Positions 14,064 through 25,860 of a DNA stretch of 64,000 nucleotides are shown here, one piece after another. The position numbers and the translations under genes were made by a program. Origin of the DNA: Mobula birostris (lineage: Eukaryota). The notes beneath the pieces were generated by a model. It saw nothing but the letters and a program-made list of their open reading frames with translations. It searched no databases and was not told where the DNA came from. Each line of letters starts with the position of its first letter. Position 1 is the first letter of the stretch. The stretch covers positions 50,512,777 to 50,576,776 of the forward strand of contig NC_092390.1 in assembly GCF_030028105.1 (NCBI RefSeq), written 5' to 3'.

Positions 14064-15984
14064 AATCATCCATACGTACACCATGCTTGGTTTTCCAGTG
14101 AGACCACATTGCGAATACCAAATAGAATTAATTGCTGATTCACCTGGAAGTTGTGTTTGCGCCCATAAACATCATAAAAAAAAGGAGTAAAAGGACATCC
14201 TATTTCTCCAACAGTCGCACGGAATGGTACACAAAAAAGGAAGGTGGTGTTAGCGGATATGAATAATAGACCATGAAGTTGCAGACAGAATAGTCTCTTT
14301 CGATTGCTAAAAGGGAGGAGAGAAGTTTCTGGTGCTGGTATTATTTTGGAGCTGACAGAAATTCTAGAGAAGGATTTACTGAATGTGAAAGTTGACAAGG
14401 TGGTAAGCAAGATCACAGGAACGTGTTCCTTTTACTAGGTGAGTGATGAGGGAAAGAAAGCGTTAGTGCAGAAAATGGGACAGCCATGGTTGAGAACCCT
14501 GATAATCAAAGTAAAGGGGAATGTATGTTTGAGGAAAGGACATATTGGCAGAAGATGAATTTTAAAAACATTAGGAAGATGGCAGTTTGAGCATCTATAC
14601 CTAAAGAAAAGCTTTCTGAGGAAATAACTTTAAAGCATATTATAAAAAGTTTGTTTACACTCATTAAACTCTCATTCTACAGAAAAAGGACAAAATCTAT
14701 TGAATCCTACAGTATTATTCCATTAGGATATACTTTACCTTTATCCTTTAACATGAATTGCTTATCATACAACACAATAGAAACATCTGCCATTTGAGAT
14801 TTTAATGCCAAAGTTCACCATTAAATTAGTGAATTTTCCATATAAACTAGTGAAATTACGCTAATCAGAATTATGTTCTTTTGATCAAACAAAAAAAAGA
14901 TTTGTCATAGGTATGTTTGTACCTATTTCTGGAGAGGCTTACAGGAAAGAAATATCATTTGAATCCTATGGTTTAGGGTCAGCTTAGGTTGAAAAGGAGC
15001 TGAAGAAGATTCAGTCATCTTTTCTTACCAGTAGGAATGTTTTCGACTTTGCAGATAATTAACAAATGTGGGGCTCCCTGGTGGTAGATTGCTTTATGGG
15101 TGTATTTGTAGAACCAACAAACCCCTTGCTGGTTTTCCTGTGATCTTGGCACTATTATGGCTCTACAGGGTTTTGTCTGGCCACATATTGGCCAGCTGCT
15201 CCTGCTGCCTTCTTGTGGATAGGACTTGCTGGTCCTTTGTTAATATCCCATGTTCCTTGTTTAAAGTTCTGCTAACAGATGCACTATACCAAATCAACAA
15301 CAGGATGTCGTAAAACTCCTACATTTCTTTGCTTTTCATATGGAACTGCTCTCAATGGGCAGGCGATGAGGATACAAATGTAAAGTATGGGTAAACAGAG
15401 CTAAGAATGAATAGAGTTTTCAGACATGTCACCTTCAACAAAGTCATAACTCACTACAGTACCCTGCTGTTAATGTAAAATGTATGCTTCCTATGACGAA
15501 ATCCATGATTGTACTATTGTTAAATGCTCTGTTCCAAACATTAAACTGCAGATTATATTATGTATGTTAAGTGGCTGTGGTAGAGACCACCACGTTTCAA
15601 TGGTAAATAAAGTAAATATTTGAGGTAGAAGAAGAAAGTGGGGAAATGGGATTTGATTGCTCTGGCAAAAAAGGAGAAATCAATGCAACCACCTTGTGCT
15701 ATTTAAATTTACTTATTTTTTAATTTTACAACACGGTAACAGTCCGCCCAATGAGACCACAGCACCCAATTACACCCCTGTAATCAATTAAGCTAAATCT
15801 TTCAAATGTGGGAGGAAATCAGATTACCCAGAGGAAACCCACACGGTTACAGGGAGAACGTACAAACTCCTTACAGACAGCAGCAGAATTGAACCTAATT
15901 CGCTGCTGGTGCTGTAATAGGTTACACTTTAAATGAGTCAGTTAATACATTTTGAGAAACTTGGAAGTAACGTTAAGAACTACA

Positions 15985-16425
15985 GCAGCACACACAAAGT
16001 GCTGGAAAAACAAGCAGGTCATGCAGCAACAATGGAAAGGAATAAACAGTCAAAGTTTCAGGCAGAGACCCTTCTTCAGGACGGAGACGGAAGGAGGAAG
16101 ATGCCAGAACAAAATGGTAGGAAGAGGGGAAAGAGACTAGCTGGAAGATCATTGGTGGAGCCAGGTGGGTGGGAAAAGTCAAGGGCTGGAGAAGTAAGAA
16201 TCTAATAGGAGAGGATAGTGGACCATGGGAGAAAGGGAAGGAAGAAAGGACCTGGGGGAAGTAACAGACAGGTGAGAAGGAGAAGAAGGTCAGAGTGAGA
16301 AATAGTGGAAGGGAAGGGGGAATTTGTTCACCAGAAGGAGAAATTGATACTCATGCCATCAGGTTGGATGGTACCCAGAGAGAATATTGTTCCTTCAGCC
16401 TAAGGGTGGCCTCGTCTTGGCACGA
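15985..16425 (-). mobile_element. Older Penelope pLTR fragment with HHR-like motif (16048-16083)
   Basis: Similar to 22624-23110 (catgccatcaggttgga, gagacccttcttcaggac). Confidence 0.7.
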
Positions 16426-18924
16426 CAAATGGCAGAACTACAATATGCTCAATATTTCTTCAGAGCATGCTACTTGTTGAAATATATCTCAAAGAGAAGT
16501 ATCTTTGAGAGTACAAAACAGCAAAAGCTCGACAGAAAAGGAATAAGTCCGGTCTAGAAACTGGATTGTGTACATGTTTCATTCACCATTATACAACACA
16601 AAAGTTAATTTTATTTGAATGGAATCACGCTACCAGCAAAACTAGTCCAGACACTTCTGGCTTTAATCCTCATTAGCATGGTCAAAAATTCCTGCATTAG
16701 GTTGAGTATCTAAAAACATGAATCGCCACACATATATCAGAGCTCAAAGCTGCACCAATAATTCTTAAAAATTGTGATGTCTCCATCATCTGGATTTAAT
16801 GGACACTCAGAGGGAAATGACAAGAAACCCGCTCAGTTGTATCAAAACTACCTGAACTGAGGAATAATACCAGATGGCCCTCACAATATTGACCAAGGCA
16901 TCAGATTCAGACACATTCCGCCCTGCTGACCCTATAAAATAAGGTTCATCACTATCTCCAGACCAGTGTCAAAATTGGGGAAATTTCATGCAACAACCTG
17001 ATAGAAAGTATTATACCTTTCAATTAATGCTCCATCAACCTCTTCTCAATCATGACTACAATAACAATGTCATTAAGAAGCTACTTAATCTACTAACCAC
17101 TCTCCTGTTTTAGGAGGACTCGATTTGAGATCTCGTTATGGCTTTGATTTAAACATGGGCAAAAAAGCTGCATTCTACAGATGAGGTGGCTGCCCTTGAC
17201 AACAAAAAATACTTGACCAGGTACAATATTAAGAACCTTTAAAGTTACTGTGAAACTTAAGTCAATTGAATTGACTTTATTTCTTACATCCTTTACATAC
17301 ATGAAGAGTAAAAATCTTTACGTTATTTCTCCGTCTAAATGTGCAATGTGCATAGTAATTTATAATAATTTATAATAAACAGAACAGTCAATGTAACATA
17401 AAAATACACTCAAATCAGTGTGAGCTAATCAGTCTGATGGCCTGGTGGAAGAAGCTGTCCCGGAACCTGTTGGTCCTGGCTTTTATGCTGCTGTACTGTT
17501 TCCTGGATGGTAGCAGCTGCAATAGATTGTGGTTGGGGTGACTTAGGACCCCAGTGATCCTACGGGCAAGGGAGTAAACTGTAGTTGTATGTCCCTTAGT
17601 GGTTATTGGAGGCCACTTATCTCAGCCCCAGGACAATGGTACTGGTGTCCATAAGTTCAACCCCTTTTGTTGGCTTCAGCTATGAGTTTTCTTCCATCAA
17701 AAAAGTTCAAAAGTCAGAATATTTGTTGATAAAGCAGTGTACTGTTCTATTTGCAATTCTGATGAAATTCAAGCAGTCCATGCCCATACACAGCATAACG
17801 TGGGCAACAATCAGGCTGAGCTGATACGAAGCACGTAACATTCATACCGTGCAATTGGTGGTGGTACAATACAATGACAACGCCCAGCAAGCAACAACCT
17901 AATCATCATTTCCTGGCATCTGACGGAATACTCCACCTACACACTCCAGTGTGGCGTAGGAGGTGTTTGGAGCACCATCACTGATCTGCAAAAAAGAAAA
18001 CAACCCATACTGCTGGAGGATTTTAGGAGGTCAGGCAGCATCTATGGAAAGAAAGGGATGGACAGCATTTTGTATCAGAGCCCTGTATCAGGCTTTTTGC
18101 TCCAGCTTCCAGCATCTGCAGTCGCTTGTGCCTCACTTAAACAGTACGGGCATGGGAACAGATCCAAAGCTCAACACTCTGCGGCAAGTGAGTCACTACC
18201 TGACTCCCCACCCTTTTCACTATATGGATTATGGGATGTCTCTGCTTGCATTGCTGAAATTGTACAAAACTCAAATCACTTGACACTGTTCAAGAAAAAA
18301 AACAACCCACTCATTGTCAGTCCATTCATTAACCATCATAAAGACTCACTCCTGGAGACAGCAAGGCTCATCAATATGATGCACCGCAGTAATTCCCTAA
18401 TGCTATCAGATACAAGGGTACATTGAGCAGGCACAATGGAAACACCATCACCTTCCCTTTCTTTGATGTTCTGATGTGGAAATTTATCACTACTTCTTTA
18501 TTGTCACAGGGTAAGAATCAGGGAAGGTACTAGTTAATTGGGAATCCTTTCAAGTTAAGATGGCAGACATTCCAGAAGACGACTCACCACAAGCTTATTA
18601 AGGCTGCCTAGGTACGCTGGAGACACAAAAGACCGCAGATGCTGGAACCTGGAGCAAGACACTATCTGCTGGAGGAACTCAGTGGGTCAGGCAGCACCAG
18701 TGGGAGGAAAGAACTTGTCAGCCAAAGTGTCATCAATTTCTTTCCCCCAGCGGACTGTGTGCTGCTCTTAAGGACATGACGCATGATGGTGACAACTAGA
18801 TGGAGATAGTGTTCACTAAAAGATGAACTATTTGACAGTGCATCAACTGAAAAGTATATTATTTTTGGACATAAATAACCATACACAGACTCTGAAATAC
18901 TCAAGTATGAAATAAGAATGTTGG

Positions 18925-19741
18925 CAGAATTTCAGATGGTGATGAGGAAGCGTACAGGAGTGAGACGTATCAGTTGGTTGAATGGTGTCACACCAACAAC
19001 ATGGCACTCAAATTCAGTAAGACCAAAAAATTGACTGTGGACTTCAGGAAGGGAAAAGCACGGGAATACATAACTGTCCTCATCAAGAGATCAGAAGTGG
19101 AAAGGATGAGCAGTTTCAAATTCCTGGGTGTCAACATCTCTGAAGATCTCTCATAGGCCCAACATACTGATATAATTATACACATGAATGACAGCAGTTA
19201 TATTTCATTGGGTGTTTGAAGAGAATTGGTATGCTACCAAAAGATAATCGCAAATTTCTACAGATCTACCACAGAGAGCATTCTAACGGATGGCATCACC
19301 ATCTGGTATGGAGGGGCCACTGCACAAGATCAGAAAGAAAGCTGCAGAAAGTTGTAAACTCAGCCAGCTCCATCATGGGCACTAGCCTCCTCAGCATCAG
19401 GGACATCTTCAAAAGGCAATGCCTCAAAAAGGTGGCATCCATCCCTAAGGACCACAACATGCAGAACATGCCCTCTTCTCATTGTTACTATCGAGGAAGA
19501 GATGCTGAAGACACACACTCAATGTTTTAGGAACAGTTTCTTCCTCTCCACCATCAGATTTCTGAATGGACAATGAACCTGTGTACATTACCACACTATC
19601 TTTTTCCTCTCTTTTTAAACTACTTATTTTTGTGTGTGTAAATATATATTTCTTACAGTAATTTATAGTTTTTATGTATTGCAGTGTACTGCTACTGTAA
19701 AACAAAAAAATTCACAGTATATGCCAGTGACATTAGATTCC
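18925..19741 (+). mobile_element. Rex1/Babar-like LINE 3' fragment
   Basis: EWCHTNNMALKFSKTKKLTVDFRKG, VERMSSFKFLGVNISEDLS, RKLQKVVNSASSIMG. Confidence 0.8.
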
Positions 19742-20197
19742 GAAATATTCCGTGCTTCTACAGATTTTTTTGATGCTCAGTGGAATTGTCAAAGTACTTT
19801 ACAATCAATGAAGCAAAGGGGCATAGTTTTCCTTGCCTCAAGGCTGCTGACCAATATCATAGACACGCTATTTCTTCTTGTGTTATCAGATACAGTCCCC
19901 TAACCACCTTCCTGAACTTCAACATGATAGAAGCAACACAGCACTCACAGAATTGCTTTGACAACTAGTCTGTCCCATCCACAACTTCAATAGCTGTCAA
20001 AGCTGTCATAGATATTGACTGTGGAGGCCTTTTATAATCACCTCGTACACATCAAAATAATAGTAAAAATATGATTTAAAACAATTGTAAGGTTGAAAGA
20101 TTAAAAAGCACATATTTAAAAATTGAAGTAACATTTAAATCCAAACAGATCTTAACTCAGCTTTTTCCTGATAGATGACATCTTTCATTTATTTATA

Positions 20198-21818
20198 CAG
20201 TGTCTATAAAAGCTATTTACCGCCCCCCCCCAAGAAGTTTTCATGTTTTATTGTTTTACAACATTGAATCACAGTGGATTTAATGTGTCTTTTTGACACC
20301 GATCAACAGAAAGACACTTTGGCATCAAAGTGAAAACAGATCACCACAATGTGATCTAAATTAATTATAAATATAAAACACAAAATAATTGATTGCATTA
20401 AGTATTCACCCCCTTCAAGTCAATATTTAGTAGATTCACCTTTGGCAGCAATTACAGCCTTGAGTCTGCATGGATTGGTCTCTATCAGCTTTACACATCT
20501 GCATACTGCAATTTTTTCTCCATTCTTCTTTACAAAACTGCTCAAGCTCTGTCAGATTGCATGGGGATTGTGAGTGAACAGCCCTTTCCAAGTCCAGCCA
20601 CAAATTCTCAATTGGATTGAGGTCTGAACTCTGACTTGGCCAATCCAGGACATTATCTTTGTTGTTTTAAAACTATTCCTGTGTAACTTTGGTTTTATGC
20701 TTGGGGTCATTGTCTTGATGGAAAACAAATCTTCTCACAAGCTGCAGTTCTCTTGTAGACTGCATCAGGTTTTCCTCCAGGATTTCCCTGTATTTTGCTG
20801 CATTCATTTTACCCTCTACCTTTGCAAGCCTTTCCAGGGCCTGCTGCAGTGAAGCATCCCCACAGCATGATGCAGCCATCACCATGCTTCACTGTAGGGA
20901 TGGTGTGTTTTTGATGATGTGCGGTATATGGCTTACACCAAAGCACTGTGTTTAGTCTGATGGCCAAAAAGCACCATTTTGGTTTCATCAGATCACAAAC
21001 CTTCTTCCAGCTGGAGTCAGAGTCTCCCATGTGCCTTCTGGCAAACTCTAGCCAAGATTTCATGTGAGTTTTTTTTTTTAACAGTGGCTTTCTCTTTGCT
21101 ACTCTCCCACAAAGCTGTGGCTGGTGAATCACCCAGGCAACAGTTGTTGTATGCATAGTCTCTCCCATTTCAGCCACTAAAGCTTGTAACTCCTCTAGAG
21201 TTGTCATAGGTCTCTTGCTGGTCTCTCTCACTAGTCCCCTTCTTGCACGGTCACTCAGTTTTTGAGGACAGCCTGCTCTGGGTAGATTTACAGCTGTACC
21301 ATATTCTTTCCATTTCTTGATGACTGATTTAACTGTACTCCAAGGGATATTCAGCGACATGAAAATTTTCTTGTATCCCTCTTCTAACTTGGCCTTTTCA
21401 ATAACTTTTCGTGGAGTTGCTTAGTATTCTTTTGTCTTCATGGTGTAGGTTTTGCTACGATATTGACTCAGCAGCAGTTGGACCTTCCAGATACAGATAT
21501 ATTTTTACTACAATTAATTGAAATACCTTGACTGCACACTGTGATCTCCATTTAACTAATTATGTGACTTCTAAAACCAATTGGTTGCACCAGTGATGAT
21601 TTGGTGTGAGATATTAAAGGGGGTGAATACTTATTCAATCAACTATTTTGTGTTTTATATTTGTATTTAATTGAGATCACCTTGTAGAGATCTGTTTTCA
21701 CTTTGACACAAGTCTTTTTCTGTAGATCAGTGTCAAAAAAGCCAAATTAAATCCACTGTTGTAAAAGAATAAAACATGACAACTTCCAAGGAGGTTAAAA
21801 TACTTTTTACAGGCACAG
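20198..21818 (-). mobile_element. Tc1/mariner DNA transposon (IR/DR type), frameshifted transposase
   Basis: TA TSDs and long (~210 bp) TIRs with inner repeats (aagtattcaccccc / gggggtgaatactt). ORFs 20809-21360 (HTH, IPTVKHGDGCIMLWGCF) and 20673-20885 (FHQDNDPKH). Confidence 0.92.
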
Positions 21819-22685
21819 TATGTACGTATCAATTTTACCTGAGGGAACTAGACAGGCAACATGAGCGTTGTTGGGAGGCTTGTGAAATGAGGCAATAAAT
21901 GTAAAACTACAACAAAAAGTTCAAAAACAAATAAAAGATGCTGGAATTGAAAACAATCACACTCCCTTCTGACGAAGGGTCACTGGCCCCAGAAGTTGAC
22001 TAGCTTCTCTTTTCAAAGATGGCACCCGCCTGAGTTCTTCCAGCACTTTTTTTGTTACAACAGAAGTTTGTTCAAAACCATTCAAATAGATGAACAATAC
22101 TAATGGACAGAATTAAGAAGCTGTTCTAATACTCAACAAACATTTCACAACATATTAAACTTCTGGCTATACATTGATGCATTTTCAGAAGTCACCATTT
22201 GGACCGGTGCTCAGTGGATAACCAACTTGTATACATAGTTTATTAGTTTTCTATTCATTATTATAGATTTGAATTTAAAATGACTTGTTCTCTTTCTCTT
22301 TATTTCTGTTTTCTAATTAATCAAAGTGAATTCTCGATATAAAATGAAAGAAATAAAACCCAATTTGAATTTCTCCACAATAATACTTTTGAATGTGTGT
22401 CAGCTAAGGCTCTCCTGCTGCAAAGCTGACTGGTTCAGGATGTTGTAGCCTCATGACCCACTCCAGATATTTGGGAAATAATCTATATTTAACCTGATTG
22501 TTAACAAGTCACCACTGCAGTCATCACCCCTTCAGTAACTACAGTTGCCATACAACTGTAGTCAAGTCACTTTTTATTGTCATTTCGACCATAACTGCTG
22601 GTACAGTACACAGTAAAAACGAGCAACACGTATCAAAGTTGCTGGTGAACGCAGCAGGCCAGGCAGCATCTGTAGGAAGAGGTGC

Positions 22686-22721
22686 AGTCGACGTTTCAGG
22701 CCGAGACCCTTCGTCAAGACT
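22686..22721 (-). ncRNA. Hammerhead motif, C3U variant (UUGACGA)
   Basis: Inverted copy of the 24138-24173 motif with a single change at 22717. Confidence 0.6.
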
Positions 22722-24137
22722 AACTGAAGGAAGAGTGAGTAGGGGATTTGAAAGTTGTAGGGGGAGGGGGAGATCCAAAATGATAGGAGAAGACAGGAGG
22801 GGGAGGGATGGAGCCAAGAGCTGGACAGGTGATTGGCAAAAGGGGATACAAGAGGATCATGGGACAGGAGGTCCGGGAAGAAAGACAAGGGGGGGGAGGA
22901 CCCAGAGGATGGGCAAGAGGTATATTCAGAGGGACAGAGGGAGAAAAAGGAGAGTGAGAGAAAGAATGTGTGCATAAAAATGAGTAACAGATGGGATACG
23001 AGGGGGAAGTGGGGCCTTAGCGGAAGTTAGAGAAGTCGATGTTCATGCCATCAGGTTGGAGGCTACCCAGACGGAATATAAGGTGTTGTTCCTCCAACCT
23101 GAGTGTGGCTTCATCTTTACAGTAGAGGAGGCCATGGATGGACATATCAGAATGGGAATGGGATGTGGAATTAAAATGTGTGGCCTCTGGGAGATCCTGC
23201 TTTCTCTGGCAGACAGAGCTTAGATGTTCAGCAAAGCGGTCTCCCAGTCTGCGTCGGATCTCGCCAATATATAAAAGGCCACATCGGGAGCACCGGACGC
23301 AGTATATCACCCCAGTCGACTCACAGGTGAAGTGTTGCCTCACCTGGAAGGACTGTTTGGGGCCCTGAATGGTGGTAAGGGAGGAAGTGTAAGGGCATGT
23401 GTAGCACTTGTTCCGCTTACACGGATAAGTGCCAGGAGGGAGATCAGCGGGGAGGGATGGAGGGGGATGAATGGACAAGGGAGTTGCGTAGGGAGCGATC
23501 CCTGCGGAATGCAGAGGGGGGGGGGGGAGGGAAAGATGTGCTTAGTGGTGGGATCCTGTTGGAGGTGGCGGAAGTTATGGAGAATAATATGTTGGACCCG
23601 AAGGCTGGTGGGGTGGTAGGTGAGGACCAGGGGAACCCTATTCCTAGTGGGGTGGCAGGAGGATGGAGTGAGAGCAGATGTACGTGAAATGGGGGAGATG
23701 CGTTTAAGAGCAGAGTTGATAGTGGAGGAAGGGAAGCCCCTTTCTTTAAAAAAGGAAGACATCTCCCTCGTCCTAGACACCTTATATTCCGTCTGGGTAG
23801 CCTCCAACCTGATGGCATGAACATCGACTTCTCTAACTTCCGCTAAGGCCCCACCTCCCCCTCGTATCCCATCTGTTACTCATTTTTATGTACACATTCT
23901 TTCTCTCACTCTCTTTTTTCTCCCTCTGTCCCTCTGAATATACCTCTTGCCCATCCTCTGGGTCCATCCCACCCCCTCATCTTTCTTCCCGGACCTCCTG
24001 TCCCATGATCCTCTCGTATCCCCTTTTGCCAATCACCTGTCCAGCTCTTGGCTCCATCCCTCCCCCTCCTGTCTTCTCCTATCATTTTGGATCTCCCCCT
24101 CCCCCTCTCAAATCCCTTACTCACTCTTCCTTCAGTT

Positions 24138-24173
24138 AGTCCTGACGAAGGGTCTCGGCCTGAAACGTCGACT
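24138..24173 (+). ncRNA. Minimal type I hammerhead ribozyme motif (intact core) in Penelope pLTR
   Basis: AGUC-CUGACGA-AGG(GUCUCGG)CCU-GAAA-CGUC-GACU: stem I AGUC/GACU, CUGANGA box, stem II AGG/CCU, GAAA box, palindromic ACGU stem III. Predicted cleavage after C24169. Confidence 0.75.
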
Positions 24174-25486
24174 GCACCTCTTCCTACAGATGCTGCCTGG
24201 CCTGCTGCGTTCACCAGCAACTTTGATGTGTGTTGCTTGAATTTCCAGCATCTGCAGAATTCCTGTTGTTTACAGTAAAATCAAGACGTTTTTCCAGGAC
24301 CACAGTGCTACATGAACAATACAAAAACTACACTGAACTACGTAAAAAACAACCCAAAACTACACTAGACTACAGACCTACCCAGGACTGCATAAAGTGC
24401 ACAAAACAGTGCAGGCATTACAATAAATAATAAATAAGACAATATGCACAGTAGAGGGCAGTAGGTTGGTGTCAGTCCAGGCTCTGGGTATTGAGGAGTC
24501 TGATGACTTGGGGGAAGAAACTGTTACATAGTCTGGTCATGACAGCTCAAATACTTCAGTGCCTTTTGCCAGATGGCAGGAGGGAGAAGAGTTTGTATGA
24601 GGGGTGCATGGGGTCCTTCATAATGCTGTTTGCATGTGGTGTAGCTATGAGAAGTCATAATAGCAATGATGACCTCAATGAGAAGTCATTGATATTATGA
24701 CTTCTCATAACATTTTATTTCAAGGGTTTACTGAATTATACACAGGCTTGTTTACTTATTTTCTAGTTTCCATTAGGAAATTGTATGGTCAGTGATGCAT
24801 ATTGGTGGCCCAGCACAAATCTATGTATCAGGAACAGTTAGAAACAGAGCATAAACAGAAGAAATGCACTATCTATAAAAACTAACCCCCACCCCCTCCT
24901 CCCCAAACGCCCATTTCCCCAAATATGGCAAAGTCTGCAGGTTCCACACTGGAGGAAAAGCAAGTCGTCATGGAACCCCATAGACTACCTGTACATTGAA
25001 TGAAGAAGGTTCATTAGGATAGATAAACCTTCTTCACTTATTTATAAAATCGCATAATCTCGCTGTAACATGTACTGCTTTAGAGCTACCTGTGAACAGT
25101 ACCAAATAAGCAGCAAATAAGCCATCAAGGCATTTTTATTTAGATGGATTTAAACAAACACTATAAACTAAGTCTCTCGAGATATTACCCATGGAAGGAT
25201 TTTCAAAAAAGAAAATCTGAGCATACGTTCCATACTTCAGTATTTCTTCCTTGGTTGATAGACTGTATACATTGTAGATCAGTAATAAAGCGCTAAAGAG
25301 TTGGAGGCGGTTGCCTTCCCAAGAGGGTTAGTAGGACGCATTAAGTCTCTACACGACCAGTATTTGATCACTATGTGTCACGACAAAAAAAACAAGTCAT
25401 GTCGTTTAACATCTGCTACTCACAGAACCGCGGAGGCTATCTACCCCGCTGGGCGACCAGACTTCGCTTGCAGCTTTAACACTCAC

Positions 25487-25614
25487 CTTTTAACCGCATC
25501 CACGGAACCTAAAATGGGAACCCCTCCTCCATCCCCGCTGTCATACAGAACCCCGCTAATATCTAACAGCACTCCCCTTACTCTACCCGCAGGCTTACAC
25601 CATTCGGCCATCAT
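25487..25614 (-). CDS. LHPP: LHPP coding exon 1 (phospholysine phosphohistidine inorganic pyrophosphate phosphatase, HAD family); later exons not found in the window
   Basis: Manual minus-strand translation gives MMAEWCKPAGRVRGVLLDISGVLYDSGDGGGVPILGSVDAVK(R), closely matching the human LHPP N-terminus as recalled (VRGVLLDISGVLYDSGAGGGTAIAGSVEAVAR) with the HAD motif I Asp. It ends at a canonical donor AAG|GTGAGT (plus strand actcac 25481-25486), phase 2. Start is either 25614 or 25611. It lies head-to-head with NKX1-2, as in human. Confidence 0.93.
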
Positions 25615-25860
25615 AAGATCGAAACAAGATGCACTATGGGAGACGGAGTTTACCAAGAGCTACTAGATATTAAAATAACGACAAAATGAACTACAGTCAC
25701 CAGTGCACCGTGCATTCACGCTACCTCCCAAAGCCCTAATCAATAATTGGAGCATAATTATAACTGGGCCGATTGTCCAATCATATTTCACGGCGATGGG
25801 CGCGTCAAGTATAGGATTCTGCTGCGTGCGTTAAAACCAGTGGTAACGTACTGGTTTTAT
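25615..25860 (-). promoter_or_regulatory. LHPP: LHPP 5' UTR/promoter region
   Basis: CpG-containing sequence immediately upstream of the LHPP ATG, with CCAAT boxes on both strands (~25747, ~25777). Confidence 0.4.

Larger units (their letters stand above)
22624..24271 (-). mobile_element. Penelope-like retroelement, 5'-truncated, GIY-YIG endonuclease with inverted pseudo-LTR
   Basis: Minus ORF pieces 23017-23775 encode PCKRNKCYTC and CESTGVIYCVRCSRCGLLYIGEIRRRLGDRFAEH (GIY-YIG), with two frameshifts. Arms 22624-23086 and 23777-24237 are inverted copies. Imperfect 14-bp TSD acagtaaaaacgag / acagtaaaatcaag. Confidence 0.9.
22558..24645 (-). mobile_element. LINE 3' end (Rex1-like) split by the Penelope insertion
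   Basis: Minus-strand AATAAA/(tgact) tail at 22558-22580; sequence continues after 24285. Confidence 0.5.

Noticed and set aside
14455-14480. Minus-strand FCTN peptide resembling LHPP exon 2
   Set aside because: Flanking residues do not match LHPP; the sequence resembles a decayed Penelope ORF.
15025-15130. Minus-strand PHLLI peptide near a GTAAGA donor as LHPP exon 2 candidate
   Set aside because: No similarity beyond five residues and wrong spacing to the donor.
25301-25666. 121-aa plus-strand ORF
   Set aside because: Antisense shadow of LHPP exon 1, with a non-ATG start.
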